A stretch of 55,739 nucleotides of DNA, filler included, from Basidioascus undulatus (taxonomy: Eukaryota), in NCBI GenBank assembly GCA_000826855.1. It is 3 parts of 3 records of this genome, joined end to end, with 100 filler letters (N's around TTAATTAATTAA, not from the genome) between each part and the next. Parts side by side here need not be neighbours in the genome. Positions count along the whole stretch, not along the records: positions 1 to 18,533 come from JTLS01000459.1; 2 more parts are not named here. One strand, 5' to 3'. How positions within the stretch are numbered: position 1 is the stretch's first letter; each line of letters begins with the position of its first letter. Below are positions 1-11,879 of the stretch, piece after piece. The notes beneath the pieces were generated by a model. The model was not told where the DNA came from, made no database searches, and saw only the letters and a program-made list of their open reading frames with translations. Both the position numbers and the translations under genes were made by a program.

Positions 1-650
1 TCGTGCTCGCTACAACTGCTATCGGACCTGGCGCGGATCCTGCTCCCGCCTGCGCTGCCGCTGCTGTTGCTGGCAATGACGACCGGTAAAGGCTGGGAGT
101 ATGACGGATGTGCGTTGCTGTTCGTCGTTGTGGCCGTTGTCGTCGCTATGGAAGGTGAGGGGATGGTCGTGGTCGATGGCGAGGGCGAGTTGTGCGGTGA
201 AAGTGACGTTCGACTTCGTTGAGCCGAACCGGCCCTGCCGCCGCGACTCAGGCTGAGGTGCTCCTGTCCCGAAATGGTGACTCGCCTAGATTGTAAGCTC
301 GATGTGGACGAGTATTTGGGGCGTTATCGCCGCTGTGATGCAGTGGACGTCGGTACAGAAGATGAGTGGGCGCCGCCGGGGGTTTTGCGGTTGGGGACCG
401 TGGCTCAGACCGGGCGTCCAAGGATTTTTCAAGCGGTGGCAGTCGGCAGTCACCGCAAGAGGACTGTACTGCGTGAACAGCCCGATCTTGCCAACCTCAG
501 CAGATATTTGTATCAAGCACGAAATACATGGTAAAGGAGCGTTGCGCGTTCAGATATACATTTGCGCTCAAAGGGTCCAGCGGAGAGGTGAAGTTCTCCC
601 GGACGTCTGCACCGACCAGCAGTGCAGTCTCCTAATCCTCCGAAGGAACT

Positions 651-1221
651 TCACTCGTCCTCGGTATGGTGGTGCTTTCCGGACCCGTGAGATTCCAGGT
701 AGTCCTGCGCACCACCAGCATCGAACTCGCGCTTGGTCTGCCTCCACAGCTATCTGTCAACCCCCGACTTATATTGCAACACACCTGGCACACTTACGTT
801 CGTGTCCGAGACGTCATAGGCGTTCCCAAGCTCTTCGAAGAAGTCTCCGGCGGTCATCAACTCCCGTTTCTAAACCCTATAGCTCAGCATTCGTTCGCTG
901 CGTTGCCGGCACACTGCGGAGGCCCACCTGCTTGCCCGACACGATGCTCTCGACATCCTCCACAGGCGTCGCCACTTTGCCGAAGATTTCATCCAACTCG
1001 ACATCCCTCTGCAAAGTGCCTGTTCAGCTAGAGGTCCGTTAGACTACACGGTTCGCGCTCACCTCAGCGGGATGCGAGTTAACCCAATCCCTCATGACCG
1101 CCGTGTACCCGCCAACAGCCGCCCCATCCGGATGCCGTGCCTTCAGGCTCGCGGGGACACGGACGATCTGCGCAGTAGAAGCTGCGGCGAGAGCAAGGAG
1201 CGTGGTCAAGCGAGTGAGCAT
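651..1221 (-). CDS. Small secreted protein, putative Kex2-processed multi-peptide precursor (132 aa, 4 exons)
   Basis: Exons 1221-1063, 1008-928, 869-798, 737-651 joined by three GT..AG phase-0 introns (54, 58, 60 nt). Translation: MLTRLTTLLALAAASTAQIVRVPASLKARHPDGAAVGGYTAVMRDWVNSHPAE|RDVELDEIFGKVATPVEDVESIVSGKQ|KRELMTAGDFFEELGNAYDVSDTN|TKREFDAGGAQDYLESHGSGKHHHTEDE*. Hydrophobic signal-peptide-like N-terminus. Confidence 0.8.
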
Positions 1222-1835
1222 GGTCGAATGAAGGTCGCGTTGTGTACGTTGGAGGATGATGGATGGAGGACGGCAACGCAGCTGCATCCACCCCCTTGAC
1301 CCTTCGACCTGTACCCCATCAGGGGACTCGCTAAAGTGCATCTTTTTGATACAGCTGGAGAAGTGCACAGCCAGTCGTTCCACTACGCGAGTGCTGCGGG
1401 ACTATGCAAGGGTCTGCGTCTTCGATCACGTGAGGAAGAAGAGAAAGAGTACACAATGCCAAACGTGACTTGAATGTCGCCATGCCTGGCGTTACAGCAT
1501 CTTTTTGGAAGGTATGCCACAAGAACCAAATGGAGCGCGATGAGCAGAGCGAGGCTGGGGAAATGTGAGGATTGACTGACAACGCCTGTGGAAGCAGGCA
1601 AGGACGACATGCACAGGCCTACGTCGTTAGCTTAGATTGGTTTTCATGGAAACCACCGCTGAACCCTGGCTGGACCATCGCCAGCATCCACTGAGTCTTT
1701 CGAATTGCTTCTATATTTGACAAATACGAGTCAAAGTGACTATTGAGGTGACTGAAATATCCTTGCTGCGTAGCCCTGCACTGCACACTCTCCGTTGCGG
1801 GGCGACAGCCAGTTGCAATTGCAGCACGAAACTAT

Positions 1836-4223
1836 TCATTTCGCCCCAGGCAGCGCATAACGCATCGAGTATCTGGCAATAGGAAACAGCGGCCTGCCCG
1901 TCGCGACGTGACCCAAGAGCCTGAGCGGCGAGTAGTGAGCGGCCAGTCTCGCCCACAGCGCGACTGTGTACGAAATTTAACGGGTTAGTGCAAGATCATC
2001 CGGGACGCATAGAGGAAAGAAGACATGCTATACTGATAGAATATCCGTGAAAGCGTGATAGGCACGCTCTCGCAGACTAGGCAGCCTCTTCGTGCGTCCG
2101 GCATGATGCGAATACCGCCTGCGTGGGCGCGGTACAGTAAGATAACAGCGACAAAGGCACGAACGATTGAGCACGGACCGGGCAAACGCCGTGCATCTTT
2201 CACTCGCAGCATCAGCGCAAAGAGAGGAAAGTGGTTAAGCAGCGCCAGGACAGTCTCAAGGCCGGCGTGGATGGCCAGGATGGCGAGGCGACACTGGCGG
2301 TGATATCCGATTAAGCGCAGCAAAAGGCACAGAAGTGACGATACTGACCAGCGCGAAGAAGAAGTAATCTAAAGAAAGCCTGTCGTTAGCAGGATATCGC
2401 ATATGGCAGAAAGGACGCAAACGCACAAGTCATGACTGTCGGAAACAGGAAGACGTTGAGGGTGAACAGGACGGTTCCGAGCAGGAGCGTATCGCTATCG
2501 TACTGCGCTGGCTCGACGCGCTTCCGGAGAGCATTGTACCGCTTACCTGAGAAAAGGGGGTTAATTTCAGAGTGAGGTTCATCAGCCCAGCCTCCGAGCT
2601 ACGAACGCACCCCGGAACAACCTGAACAGGGAGATGAGGATCGACAGCTGCCAGCTGAACGCATACGTGAGGGCGATGTAGGCGCCGAAGAGATGCGCGG
2701 TTAAGAGGGCCAGAAAGTCGGAAGCGAGGGAGAGGATGAATGTCGACCCGAGAATACCGGCGTAGCCGAGGCAGGCGAGAATGATGGGGAAATGGGGAGC
2801 GAGTGCAAGGAGGTAGACTGGTTTCGCCGAATGTCAGCTCGAATAATGCGGTGGCAGGTGTGGTAGATTACTGACCTTCAACCATGTGCATTGTCGAAAT
2901 GAGACTGTTCGTGATGGCCGCGGATAGCTCCGAATGCAGCTTCAAACCCGCCGGCCAGGCGTTCAGCCACAGGATGGAGGAGCGAATGTTGGTGAACGCG
3001 TGTGTCTACAACCGTAGAGCGTCAGGTACTGATCGGAGACCCGCGTAAGCACCGACCAGACCACTCACCTGAACAAACGAGAAGACCACCCGAGAGAGCG
3101 GAACAGCATTATCCCGAAGGAATAAGCCGAGGGCGTAGCCTGCCGATAGTTCAGCACTCAGTGTTTAACGCCCTTTCGTCAGAACAGGTGTACGCACCTA
3201 TGATCGCATCGTTTGCGACGAGCCACAAGCAGTTGTTGAAGCTGGATGCCTCGCTGGGATTAGCCGCAGCGCTTCGTGAACGTTCACTACGGCCCATCTC
3301 ACTTGACATAAAGCGCCCACCCCCGAGCGACGTCACCATCCTCACGCCTGACGTCCTGCGTCGACCAGAACGAAATCTGTTCGAGACGGACATCCAGCTG
3401 CGCGCACGTTGCAGAGACGTCCTTGAGCGCGGGTGCACGTAATTGCGGGAGAAGAGGCAAGGACAGGAGGGCGCGGAGAGGATGAATAATGCGGGACAGT
3501 GAGCTGTTAGTTTTCGTTTGGCCGATTGTCGTTCGGATCCGGCCACGTCCGCGCGGATGGTTGACTGCGTGTGCCGCATTGATCTGCGAGGACCAATTGT
3601 CAGCGAGGACCGGCAGGCAGACACCTGAATCGACGGACAAAGCGAATGATGTGTTCCATTTCACCTTCCGCAGGCGGAGGAAGAGGATTTCGAGCAGAGG
3701 AGGTCAGGTCGAGCTGAATAGGCACGAGCGATAGGTATTGATGCTTGGGAACATTGGGTCGCCGGTACAGAATCACTTGAACAGGACCGGAGCCCCTGGC
3801 CGATTAGGATATAAAAGTTAGTGGAATTACGGATGAAGTTGAATTCGAAAACGGACTGGAACACTTGCGGTGACTTGCGACCGCGAATATGAGCGTGAAG
3901 CGGTGCGGATGAAGGAGTGGATTGGGGAGCAGCGTCGGTCGAGCAAGCACCGAGCAAGCGAAGGGACTCGATGAGGAGTGAAGGTGCTGCTACATCCTTC
4001 AAGCGGTCGACGGGTGTGGACTTTGAGCCCTGACGAACAATCCACGGCATGAGTTCCGACGCTGAGTGAACAGATCGATGGGACGCACTGCGACGTCCGG
4101 GGAGGTAAGCGCAACACAAGCGCTGGAACCGCTCGGCGTGACCCAGCCATAAATAAGGCCAGGTGAGTGAGGTTTAAAATCAATCGGCCAGAACACCCTT
4201 TGTATAGGCGAGGGCGTGCACAT
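1836..4223 (-). CDS. GPI1: GPI-GlcNAc transferase subunit Gpi1/PIG-Q (multi-exon)
   Basis: Motifs RVFWP..PGLIYGW (N-terminus), DVSATCAQLDVRLEQISFW, WLNAWPAGLKLHSEL, GKRYNALRKRVEPAQYDSDTLLLGTVLFTL, ETVLALLNHFPLFALMLRVKDARRLPG, and C-terminal LWARLAAHYSPLRLL...RYALPGAK*. Internal exon boundaries only partly resolved. Confidence 0.88.
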
Positions 4224-4361
4224 GGTGGTGGTCGGAAGGCAAGTCGCAAGCGGCGAATCGCCATGACGACTCGGGCGAAGACTTCGGCCCGTCAAGCCGC
4301 GTACTTGTCTTCTCCCTTCATCCTCACGCTCGCTTCCTCACGCCTCTGCTCTTCAGCGACG

Positions 4362-6275
4362 ATGTCGACTTCGTACGCGGAGCGCATATCAGACTACATC
4401 GCTTCCCGAAGTACTGCGACCAAGCTCGTCGCGGCCGCGGCGGTGGGCTCCGCGCTCACCGCCTCGTCCATCCTCGGGTACCAGGCCCTCAATCGGCGCC
4501 GGCGCCGGCGAGACCTTTCCGCAGAGATCGAGGAGGCGCTCCTTGAGAGCACTGCAAAGACGCCGCGGACAGGGACACTCACGCCTGCGGGCGTCCCTGA
4601 GCGGCGGACGGGAAAGGAGCTCAAGCGACCGTGGAATGAGGATCTGGTGCGGGAGCAGCTGAGCAGGAACATCGCCTTCTTCGGCGAGGAGGGGGTGGAA
4701 AAGATCCGGAATGGCTTCGTGATCATTGTGGGCATGGGTGGCGTGGGGAGCTGGGCGGCAACTATGCTTGTCCGTAGGTGCGTCTTCGTCTCCCCCTCGT
4801 CTCACCCCTCCCGCGCACTCACATTGCACTGCAGCGGCGTGTCACGCGTGCGCTTGATCGACTTCGACCAGGTCACTCTGTCCTCCCTGAACCGCCATGC
4901 GACTGCGCGTCTCGAAGACGTCGGCATGCCGAAGGTGTACTCCGTTCAGAAGTTCCTCGAGGGTGTCGCGCCTTGGGCGGAGATCGACCCGAGGGTCGAG
5001 CTTTGGAGAGGCGATAAGGACGGGGAGGAACTCCTCAGCGGGGATCCCGACTGGGTGCTGGGTACGTGAAACACTGCTTGTTCGCTGGGTCTGCCTGGCT
5101 GATGTCCAGAACGCAGACTGCATCGACCACATCCCGACGAAGGTTGAGCTGCTCAAGACCTGTCACGACAAGGGCATCAAGGTGGGCCCAATTCCACTCA
5201 TGCGGCTCTATGAGCAAGGGGTTGCTAAACGGGGTTCGCACCAGGTCTTCTCAAGCATGGGTGCTGGCGCCAAGGCTGATCCTTCGCGCATTGTGAGCTG
5301 CTTCTTTATCTTTGATGCCGCTGCATCTGAAACCAAACTTTGCTCGCTTCTTTGCAGCAAATCAGGTATAACAGTGCACTACAGCAGAAGCGCAGCGTAG
5401 GCGTTACTGATTCTCTTGCTGTCGTAGCGACATCTCCAACACGCTCGAGGACCCGCTTGCGCGCTCCATCCGTCGCCGCTTGAAGCAACTCGGCGTTACC
5501 GAGGGCATCCCGTGAGTCAATTGTACGGCAATCGCAAGTGCAGTCGCTCATGAGCCCCTCTGCAGCGTTGTCTACTCGACCGAGAAGCCTTCCGACATCA
5601 AACTTCTCCCTCTGCCCGAGGAAGAGTTCCAGAAGGGCAAGGTGCACGAGCTGTCCGCAATCGACGACTTCCGCGTCCGCCTCTTGCCGGTCCTCGGTAA
5701 GCTGTACCGCACCTCCATACCTTCATCTGATGCGCTCATCATCCTCTCGCAGGTCCGCTGCCCGCCATGTTCGGCCTTGCCGCCGCTACCTACGTCCTGC
5801 TCAAGCTTGCCGGGCGTGACTTTCAGCCGCTTGCTATCAAGAACCGGCCGAAGCTCTACGAGAAGCTGCATCGGGACCTGTTCGTCCGCGAGGGCCGCCG
5901 GACTGGCGAGGGCAACTTCTAGTGCATGCTTGTCTTCCTGCTTCTCTTCCAAAGCACGTCTGACTGTACCTTCCGTGTAGCCAAATGCCCTTGTCCGAGC
6001 CGGAGGTCGGTTACATCTTCGACGACCTCTTCGGCGCGAAGTCGGTCATCCCTCCGCACGCGTACCTCACGCGGCCGGCGCTCGTGCGCTGGGACGTGAA
6101 CGAGCCGCTCACGACCGACAACGTGGTTGTGATGCGGAGGGAGGACGCCGAGAAGCACGAGGCGGAGTGCAACGTGAAGGGGAGGAGCCCGGAGGAGGTC
6201 TGGGGCGAGGATGTCGTGCAGGCTGCGGAGAAGAAGACGGGAGAGGCAAGGGCGGTGAAGGACTGGAACTTTTGA
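4362..6275 (+). CDS. TCD1/TCD2: ThiF/E1-like tRNA threonylcarbamoyladenosine dehydratase (TcdA/Tcd1-Tcd2 family)
   Basis: N-terminal hydrophobic anchor, then REQLSRNIAFFGEEG, IVGMGGVGSW, RLIDFDQVTLSSLNRHA, DCIDHIPTKVELL, SSMGAGAKADPSRI, EDPLARSIRRRL, FRVRLLPVLGPLPAMFG. Includes an 8-nt micro-exon near 5358-5365. Confidence 0.92.
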
Positions 6276-7295
6276 AGTGCTGTTGCGCTTTTTCCACGTC
6301 CCCGTGTCTGTTTCCTCGGCTGCTTGTCTGCTGTGATTGTGTTGACGTCTGCGACCAACAAGCGTGCAAGCCTGAAAGGACTGACAAATTGTGCTTAGCC
6401 GACTGGACCGCCATTGTTCTCGAGCGCAATCGAATTATCTTGAGTTTCGCTTCGCTCAAGAATGTTTATGGCCTTGTTCGTCTGTAAACGCACATCTGCA
6501 TTCGGGCGTCCTTATCGCGTCTCTAGTCGTCGGACTGCCTAACTCCGTCTAAGATTCTAGCTCGAGCATGGGTAGCCTGCCCTCGGATTCCAAAGAAACC
6601 AACCTGGGCCCACCTCATCTGGGAATTGTCCAGCGCGTACCCATCGCGTGAACAAGCGTGACCGAAAGCCACTGGCAGCCCGGAGCCTATCGCAGCCATG
6701 GCGGGCTCTCACGGGCCCTGCGCCTCTGGTTGAGCGGCCAACTTTCTCAGAACCCGTTTCGAGAGTTCTCCTCAGCTCGGCGTATTGACCCGACACCGAG
6801 AGGTGCAAAGCACAACGAGGTCCAGCCTGAATCGATGCACCATGGAGACGGATTGTGGCAAAGACCCACCGAAGATTCGAGACTCACTACTGGAAGCCTC
6901 TTCAGTCTTGTTTAACTGGCGACACATTTGCACAGCGACTTCTCGGAGTTGAAGACTCATATGAGCATAGAAATTTTTTTGGGCCGCATATCGCTGGTCT
7001 TGGGATAGGAGGGGCGATTACATAGTTCAACTAGTTCAAAACAGGTGTAATAGTGCACTGTGCTTTGAACAGCGACGCTGGGGTAACACACTGCTACGAC
7101 CGACCTACAGCTGTGATCCTGCCAGACCAGCTTCGTAAAACATCCGACGAGGCATATTTTAGAAATTAACGGGGTGTGTCCATGGTAAAGAGGTAAAGCT
7201 CGTATAGAAGCCGTGACAATCGTGAAGCCTAAGTGGACGGAAGTGTAGATAAAAAGCAGCCCTTATCACAACGGTCTCGTGGTCCGTGCAAGTCC

Positions 7296-8412
7296 TCAGA
7301 GAGTGATGTCCTTCCCGTCGAGCCATTCCACAATTTTCTCATAGAGCTCGTCGTGAGCGGGGCCGTAGCGCTCAGGCAGGCCCTGCAAAATCGGGTAACC
7401 AAGCTTGGCCTGGCCGTACGAGAGGTATCTGGCCCTCGCAGGACAATTTAGTTGACTGTTGCAACACTTCTTGAAAGGCGAAGGCTCTTACCTGTAGCCC
7501 TCTGGGTACTTCTTAAGCTCCTCCTGGTCGATCTTCGGCACTTGGCTGGGGTCAACCGGAATGACCTTGTCCTTCTCATAGAATCTGCAGACCACACGTC
7601 AGTGTCGGACTGGCGACAGCGGTAGAAAAAGTGACCCTACAGCTTGACCCAGCGCGCCTTCCATTCGCCATCTTCCTTCAGAACAAACCAGACGAAGCGG
7701 CAATCGTTCTCGATGCTTCGGGCAGGGTGAATATGAGCAGACGTAGTGCAGCCCCGACATTTGCAGTGGCTTACTCGACCCAAACCCCATCAAGATTGAA
7801 GCGTTGGGTGATCTGAATGACATATAGACGTTAGAAGCGGAGAGATACTCGAGATGACTAGGACGCACTGTGGCCTTGATCTTCGCTACGCCTCGCTTGC
7901 CTGCCGCTGGGCCACGAGCAAGGTCCACCGTCACTCCATTTGCGCGGTGCATGATGAAATCCTGTACATCGGATGTGAGTATTTCTCTCTGAAGAGCAGA
8001 ATAAAGAGTAAATTCTCACTCCTTGGTAGAAACCCTTCTTAGAGGTCTCGATAAAGTCATCGATGTGCTTCCCTCCCGCCCAAGTGGTGAAGACCACTGC
8101 GTCGTCGGTGAAGAGGGCGCGGTACTTCTCCCACTCGCAGCTGCTAGACGAAGTTACTCGTTATTTTCACCGTACAATTTAAACAAAGAAAGGACAAGAA
8201 GGCCGTACGCATCGCGATGGCACATCCAGCCTTGTGCTATCTCGCTGATCTTGAAGCGCTCAATCGCTTCTGTCAATGTTGGGGAGAGGAGCTGCCTTTA
8301 GCCGCCATCCAAGTCCCGTTGCTATGACTGACCACTCACCTTCGAGCGTTCCGTTGATGGACACTGAGTTCTTGGGAAGCGGAGGTTGGTCACCAATCTC
8401 GACGGGAGCCAT
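7296..8412 (-). CDS. SnoaL/NTF2-like protein of the PEP2 (pea pathogenicity protein 2) family
   Basis: Spliced translation: EAIERFKISEIAQGWMCHRDA, EWEKYRALFTDDAVVFTTWAGGKHIDDFIETSKKG, DFIMHRANG, ITQRF, CRFVWF, FYEKDKVIPVDPSQVP, YPEGYRYLSYGQAKLGYPI...WLDGKDITL*. Confidence 0.8.
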
Positions 8413-10575
8413 CGTTGCAGGGATACAGGTGCGTGGGGAAATGAACGGCGTTGAAAAGATTCTCGCAGTGCACAGGTGGACTTTTTAGTGGACTTGGGTG
8501 TTTTCAAGCGGCAGCATCAGTTCCCTCTTTATACGGCTGCTCAGCCTCAGCTTCCGCAGGACGTCAGGCGCCCTCCGCGCCACAGCTCCGATGTACGGGC
8601 GGAAGAGAAGAGGTCGTCTTCTGGCTGAACTATTCCTCGATCGGTACTGTCCGATCCTGGTTACATATTTAGAACCAAAGTGTAGTGGCAGTGACGAGTT
8701 GCAGTGCGTCGGGAGACGGCGGAACGGATTCGGAGCTTTCCCGAAGTTCAGGTCGTCAGAGCTGTCTGCTTGCTCCACCTGTTCTGGCTCGCCCATCGGC
8801 CCATCAGGAAAAGGGACACGGCCGTACAATTGGATATAACTGCAAAATGTAACATGTACTGGCGTTGTCTGGTTGCAAAATTCACAAGCTCCCTTCGCTC
8901 AGCAAGCTACGTCTGAGCTCCTGTTCTACACTCACTGTGAAGACGCGGACCGCCCGAGAGAAAAACCTCTTTGAGATCATGCATACTCCGTTTCTATGCC
9001 GTCGACCGTTACCGAGAACTTGGCAGTCCGGCGGGAGAGGTCCTGTTTCCTGGCGCTAGATCGAACGTCCTGCCCGAGTTCGCACACATTGGTATGCCCA
9101 TTTGTTATTCAAGGCACAAGAGCTTCTAAGCGCTACTGTCGACACTTTTTCTCCTTAGCTACGAACTACGCGCCGGGGTTGTTCGCGCTCAGGAAGGTCC
9201 ATCCATCCAAAGATGAGCTGCCTTTCCAAGGCGTCGCAGCCTTGGAGGTGGTAGGTAATGTGAACATTGTATCTTCAAGTACCCCTCGTCACTGGTGCGC
9301 TCCAGAAGACGGCCGATACCCTTCTAGCATCATTGCCAACTGGTCTGATCGAACTGGGACTGACGGACCTCAAAATGAAAAGCCGCTTCGATGCACTGCG
9401 GGGTCCGACAATATTGCACTTTCCTACTATCCTGCTAGCCACAAGACACCCCAAGACGATTTTGTCAGCGTTGGGATTGCCTGCTCGGGGGAGTTCCATC
9501 TCAGATTCTGCTGCCAGCGACCGGGGACTGGTGGCATTGTTGCGTAATATTACTCCTGAGCCGCCTACCATCATGATACAGCCGCAGCTTTGCATCGCCC
9601 CACTTCGCCCGTCCATCTTGGTCCATGCCCATCAAGCCAAGCACCGTCCAACGTGCCGCTGCAGATAGAACAAGGGGTGCTGCAACTTGCACGCCCGCGT
9701 CGTGCGCCACAGTGTTCGCGCACTGTACGTGTGATGACTTTAGCGTTGCAAAGCCTGTGAGCCTTGAAGACGGCCCTGAATCCCACACGCGTGCATGTAC
9801 CGCAAGTCTGACTGAATCACAACGTGCACTCCCTTTGTACAGTTGCCACGTCGTCGAACACTTGGGAATGTCCGCAAAGCCTTGTCGCGCTGTCGACGTT
9901 GAGTCTTAGTGGTCGCGTGGCCGGTTTGGCATGGCGAATCAGCGCAGGCCACGCTCGCGCGCGTGCGCATGATGGACGCATGTTTCTGCGCTGTAGTGCA
10001 AACAGGCTGTGCGCTACGCGGGTCGTGTGTAACGCTTTTTTGAAGGATGAACCGTACGGCACCCGACCTTGATCGTTACCAGAGAACAAGTACGAGAGTA
10101 GCAGACGGACGAGGCTTGCAGTCCACGCAGTCCACAGTGCTTTCCAATGTTTTCAAATGTCATTTTGCTTCATTGTTTCTTCTTCACTTGTGCGGTTGTG
10201 CTGTTGAGTGTCGATGCTAGTACATACTCGTTGGAGCAAGGATGCAAGCAGGGCAAGGCAACAAAGGAGGGGTAGGGGGGGCCTGCGTGGTTCGAAGAGG
10301 TGGCATACGCCCAAGAAGAAGGGGGGGAAAGATGCTGCTGCTGTTGAAGGCAAGAAGAAGATGGGGGGTGTGCAGACTTGGTATGATGCGGTGATTGAGT
10401 GGTTGAACAATTTTGCGAAATGTCTTTTCAAATAGCTAATAATGAGGGGTGGGGATGGAATGGAGGGGCGAGAACGAAGGATGCTGAGGGGGGAGAGCAA
10501 TGCACTGCGATAACGAAGAAATCGAGTCAGTAAAGGAAACGATGACAGCAGATGAGGAACAAGGAAGACGAACCT

Positions 10576-11879
10576 CTATGATCCGAATGCGAAAGGTGAG
10601 AAAGCCCTCAGACCGCGCTCGAGCTCGTGCGAGATCGCGTCTGCCTTACTAGACGGACTCAGCGGGGCGAAGGAGGGCATGGAGGGGAAGCGCTTGGACA
10701 CTGCGCGTCCGCGGCTCCGGTCATCGATCTCGAAGCTCGGCCGACTCCGCCCCCGCTCCTCCTCCTCCTCCAAGTCCGTCTCCGAGGGTGCGGCATCCTC
10801 CTCGCCGTCCTCCTCGTACAAGGTGGACGTCGGCGAGCGCGCCTCGCGCGTCCAGGAGCCCGGAGAGCGCGGCGAGCGAGGTGAGCGTGAGCGTGGCCGG
10901 CTCTTGCTTCGATCGGGCGAGCGCGACCGCTGCACGGCGCCCTCGCCGCGGCGTGATGAGCGGCCGCGGATCGTGGACTGGGACGCCTCGCGCGAGATGG
11001 GCGGGAAGGCGTAATCAAACGCGGGCGCGACCTTGGGCATGGGGGTGGTGGGAGAGACGGTGGAGAAGGAGGCGGGGTTGGAGATGGGAGCGGTGGGGAG
11101 GTCGGGAGCGGCGGACGCGCGGCGACCCATGGGGGCTGCGACGGGGTTGGCGGAGTTGGAGAAGGGGTGCATGAAGGAGCCGAGGTAAGCCGCGAAGGCC
11201 GAGTGCGAATGGGACGACCCGACCGACGACCCCGCTGATGATGCGCAACCCGCACGCTCGCACGTCTGCGCAGCACGGCGGAGCGTCGCGGCTGCGGGGG
11301 ACGAGGCCGGATCGGAGTCGGAGGAGACCCGACGCGGGACGGACACGGACATGTCCGACACCGTGGCGCGCGGGGGTGAGGGCGCGCGCTGGCCCGCCGG
11401 GTAGGAGCGGCGGCGGGACTGGTACGGTGTTGAGGGGCCGAAGACGGGCGTAGGCGCGTTCGTCGAGGACGGCTTGCGGCTGTACTTGAGCTCGGACGTC
11501 GACGCGCCCGGTACAGCCACGGGCTCGCTGCGCGGTGGCTTGTCGTACGCGCCCGCTGCACCGGCTGCGGTTGGGGGCAGAGCGAGGATGGGGATCGCCG
11601 GGCTCTCGACGGCCGCTGAGGAGACGGCGGGGGAGGGGTAGACGGAGGAGGGAGGGGAAGAGGCGCAGATGGAGGGCGAGTAGAAGGATGTTGGTCGCGC
11701 CGAGTAGACGAGGGAGGGCACGGCGCTGAGCGCTGGCGAAGGCGCCTCGGCGACCTCGGGCTCGAGAGCGAAGGCAGACTGCGAGGAGGGGGCATCCACT
11801 TCAGTGCCCCGTCCATCGAGCTTGACTCATCCCAACTACGCCAGCCAAAATGAATTAGGATGCTCACCTCGTCAAACAT
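10576..11879 (-). CDS. Hypothetical Ser/Pro/Arg-rich disordered protein
   Basis: 407-aa open frame with strong GC3 bias. Probable 4-codon first exon ATGTTTGACGAG|gtgagc at 11879. No recognisable domain. Confidence 0.7.

Noticed and set aside
1..320. Ser/Thr-rich open minus-strand frame running off the window edge
   Set aside because: No in-frame ATG after the upstream stop; cannot tell coding exon from UTR within this window
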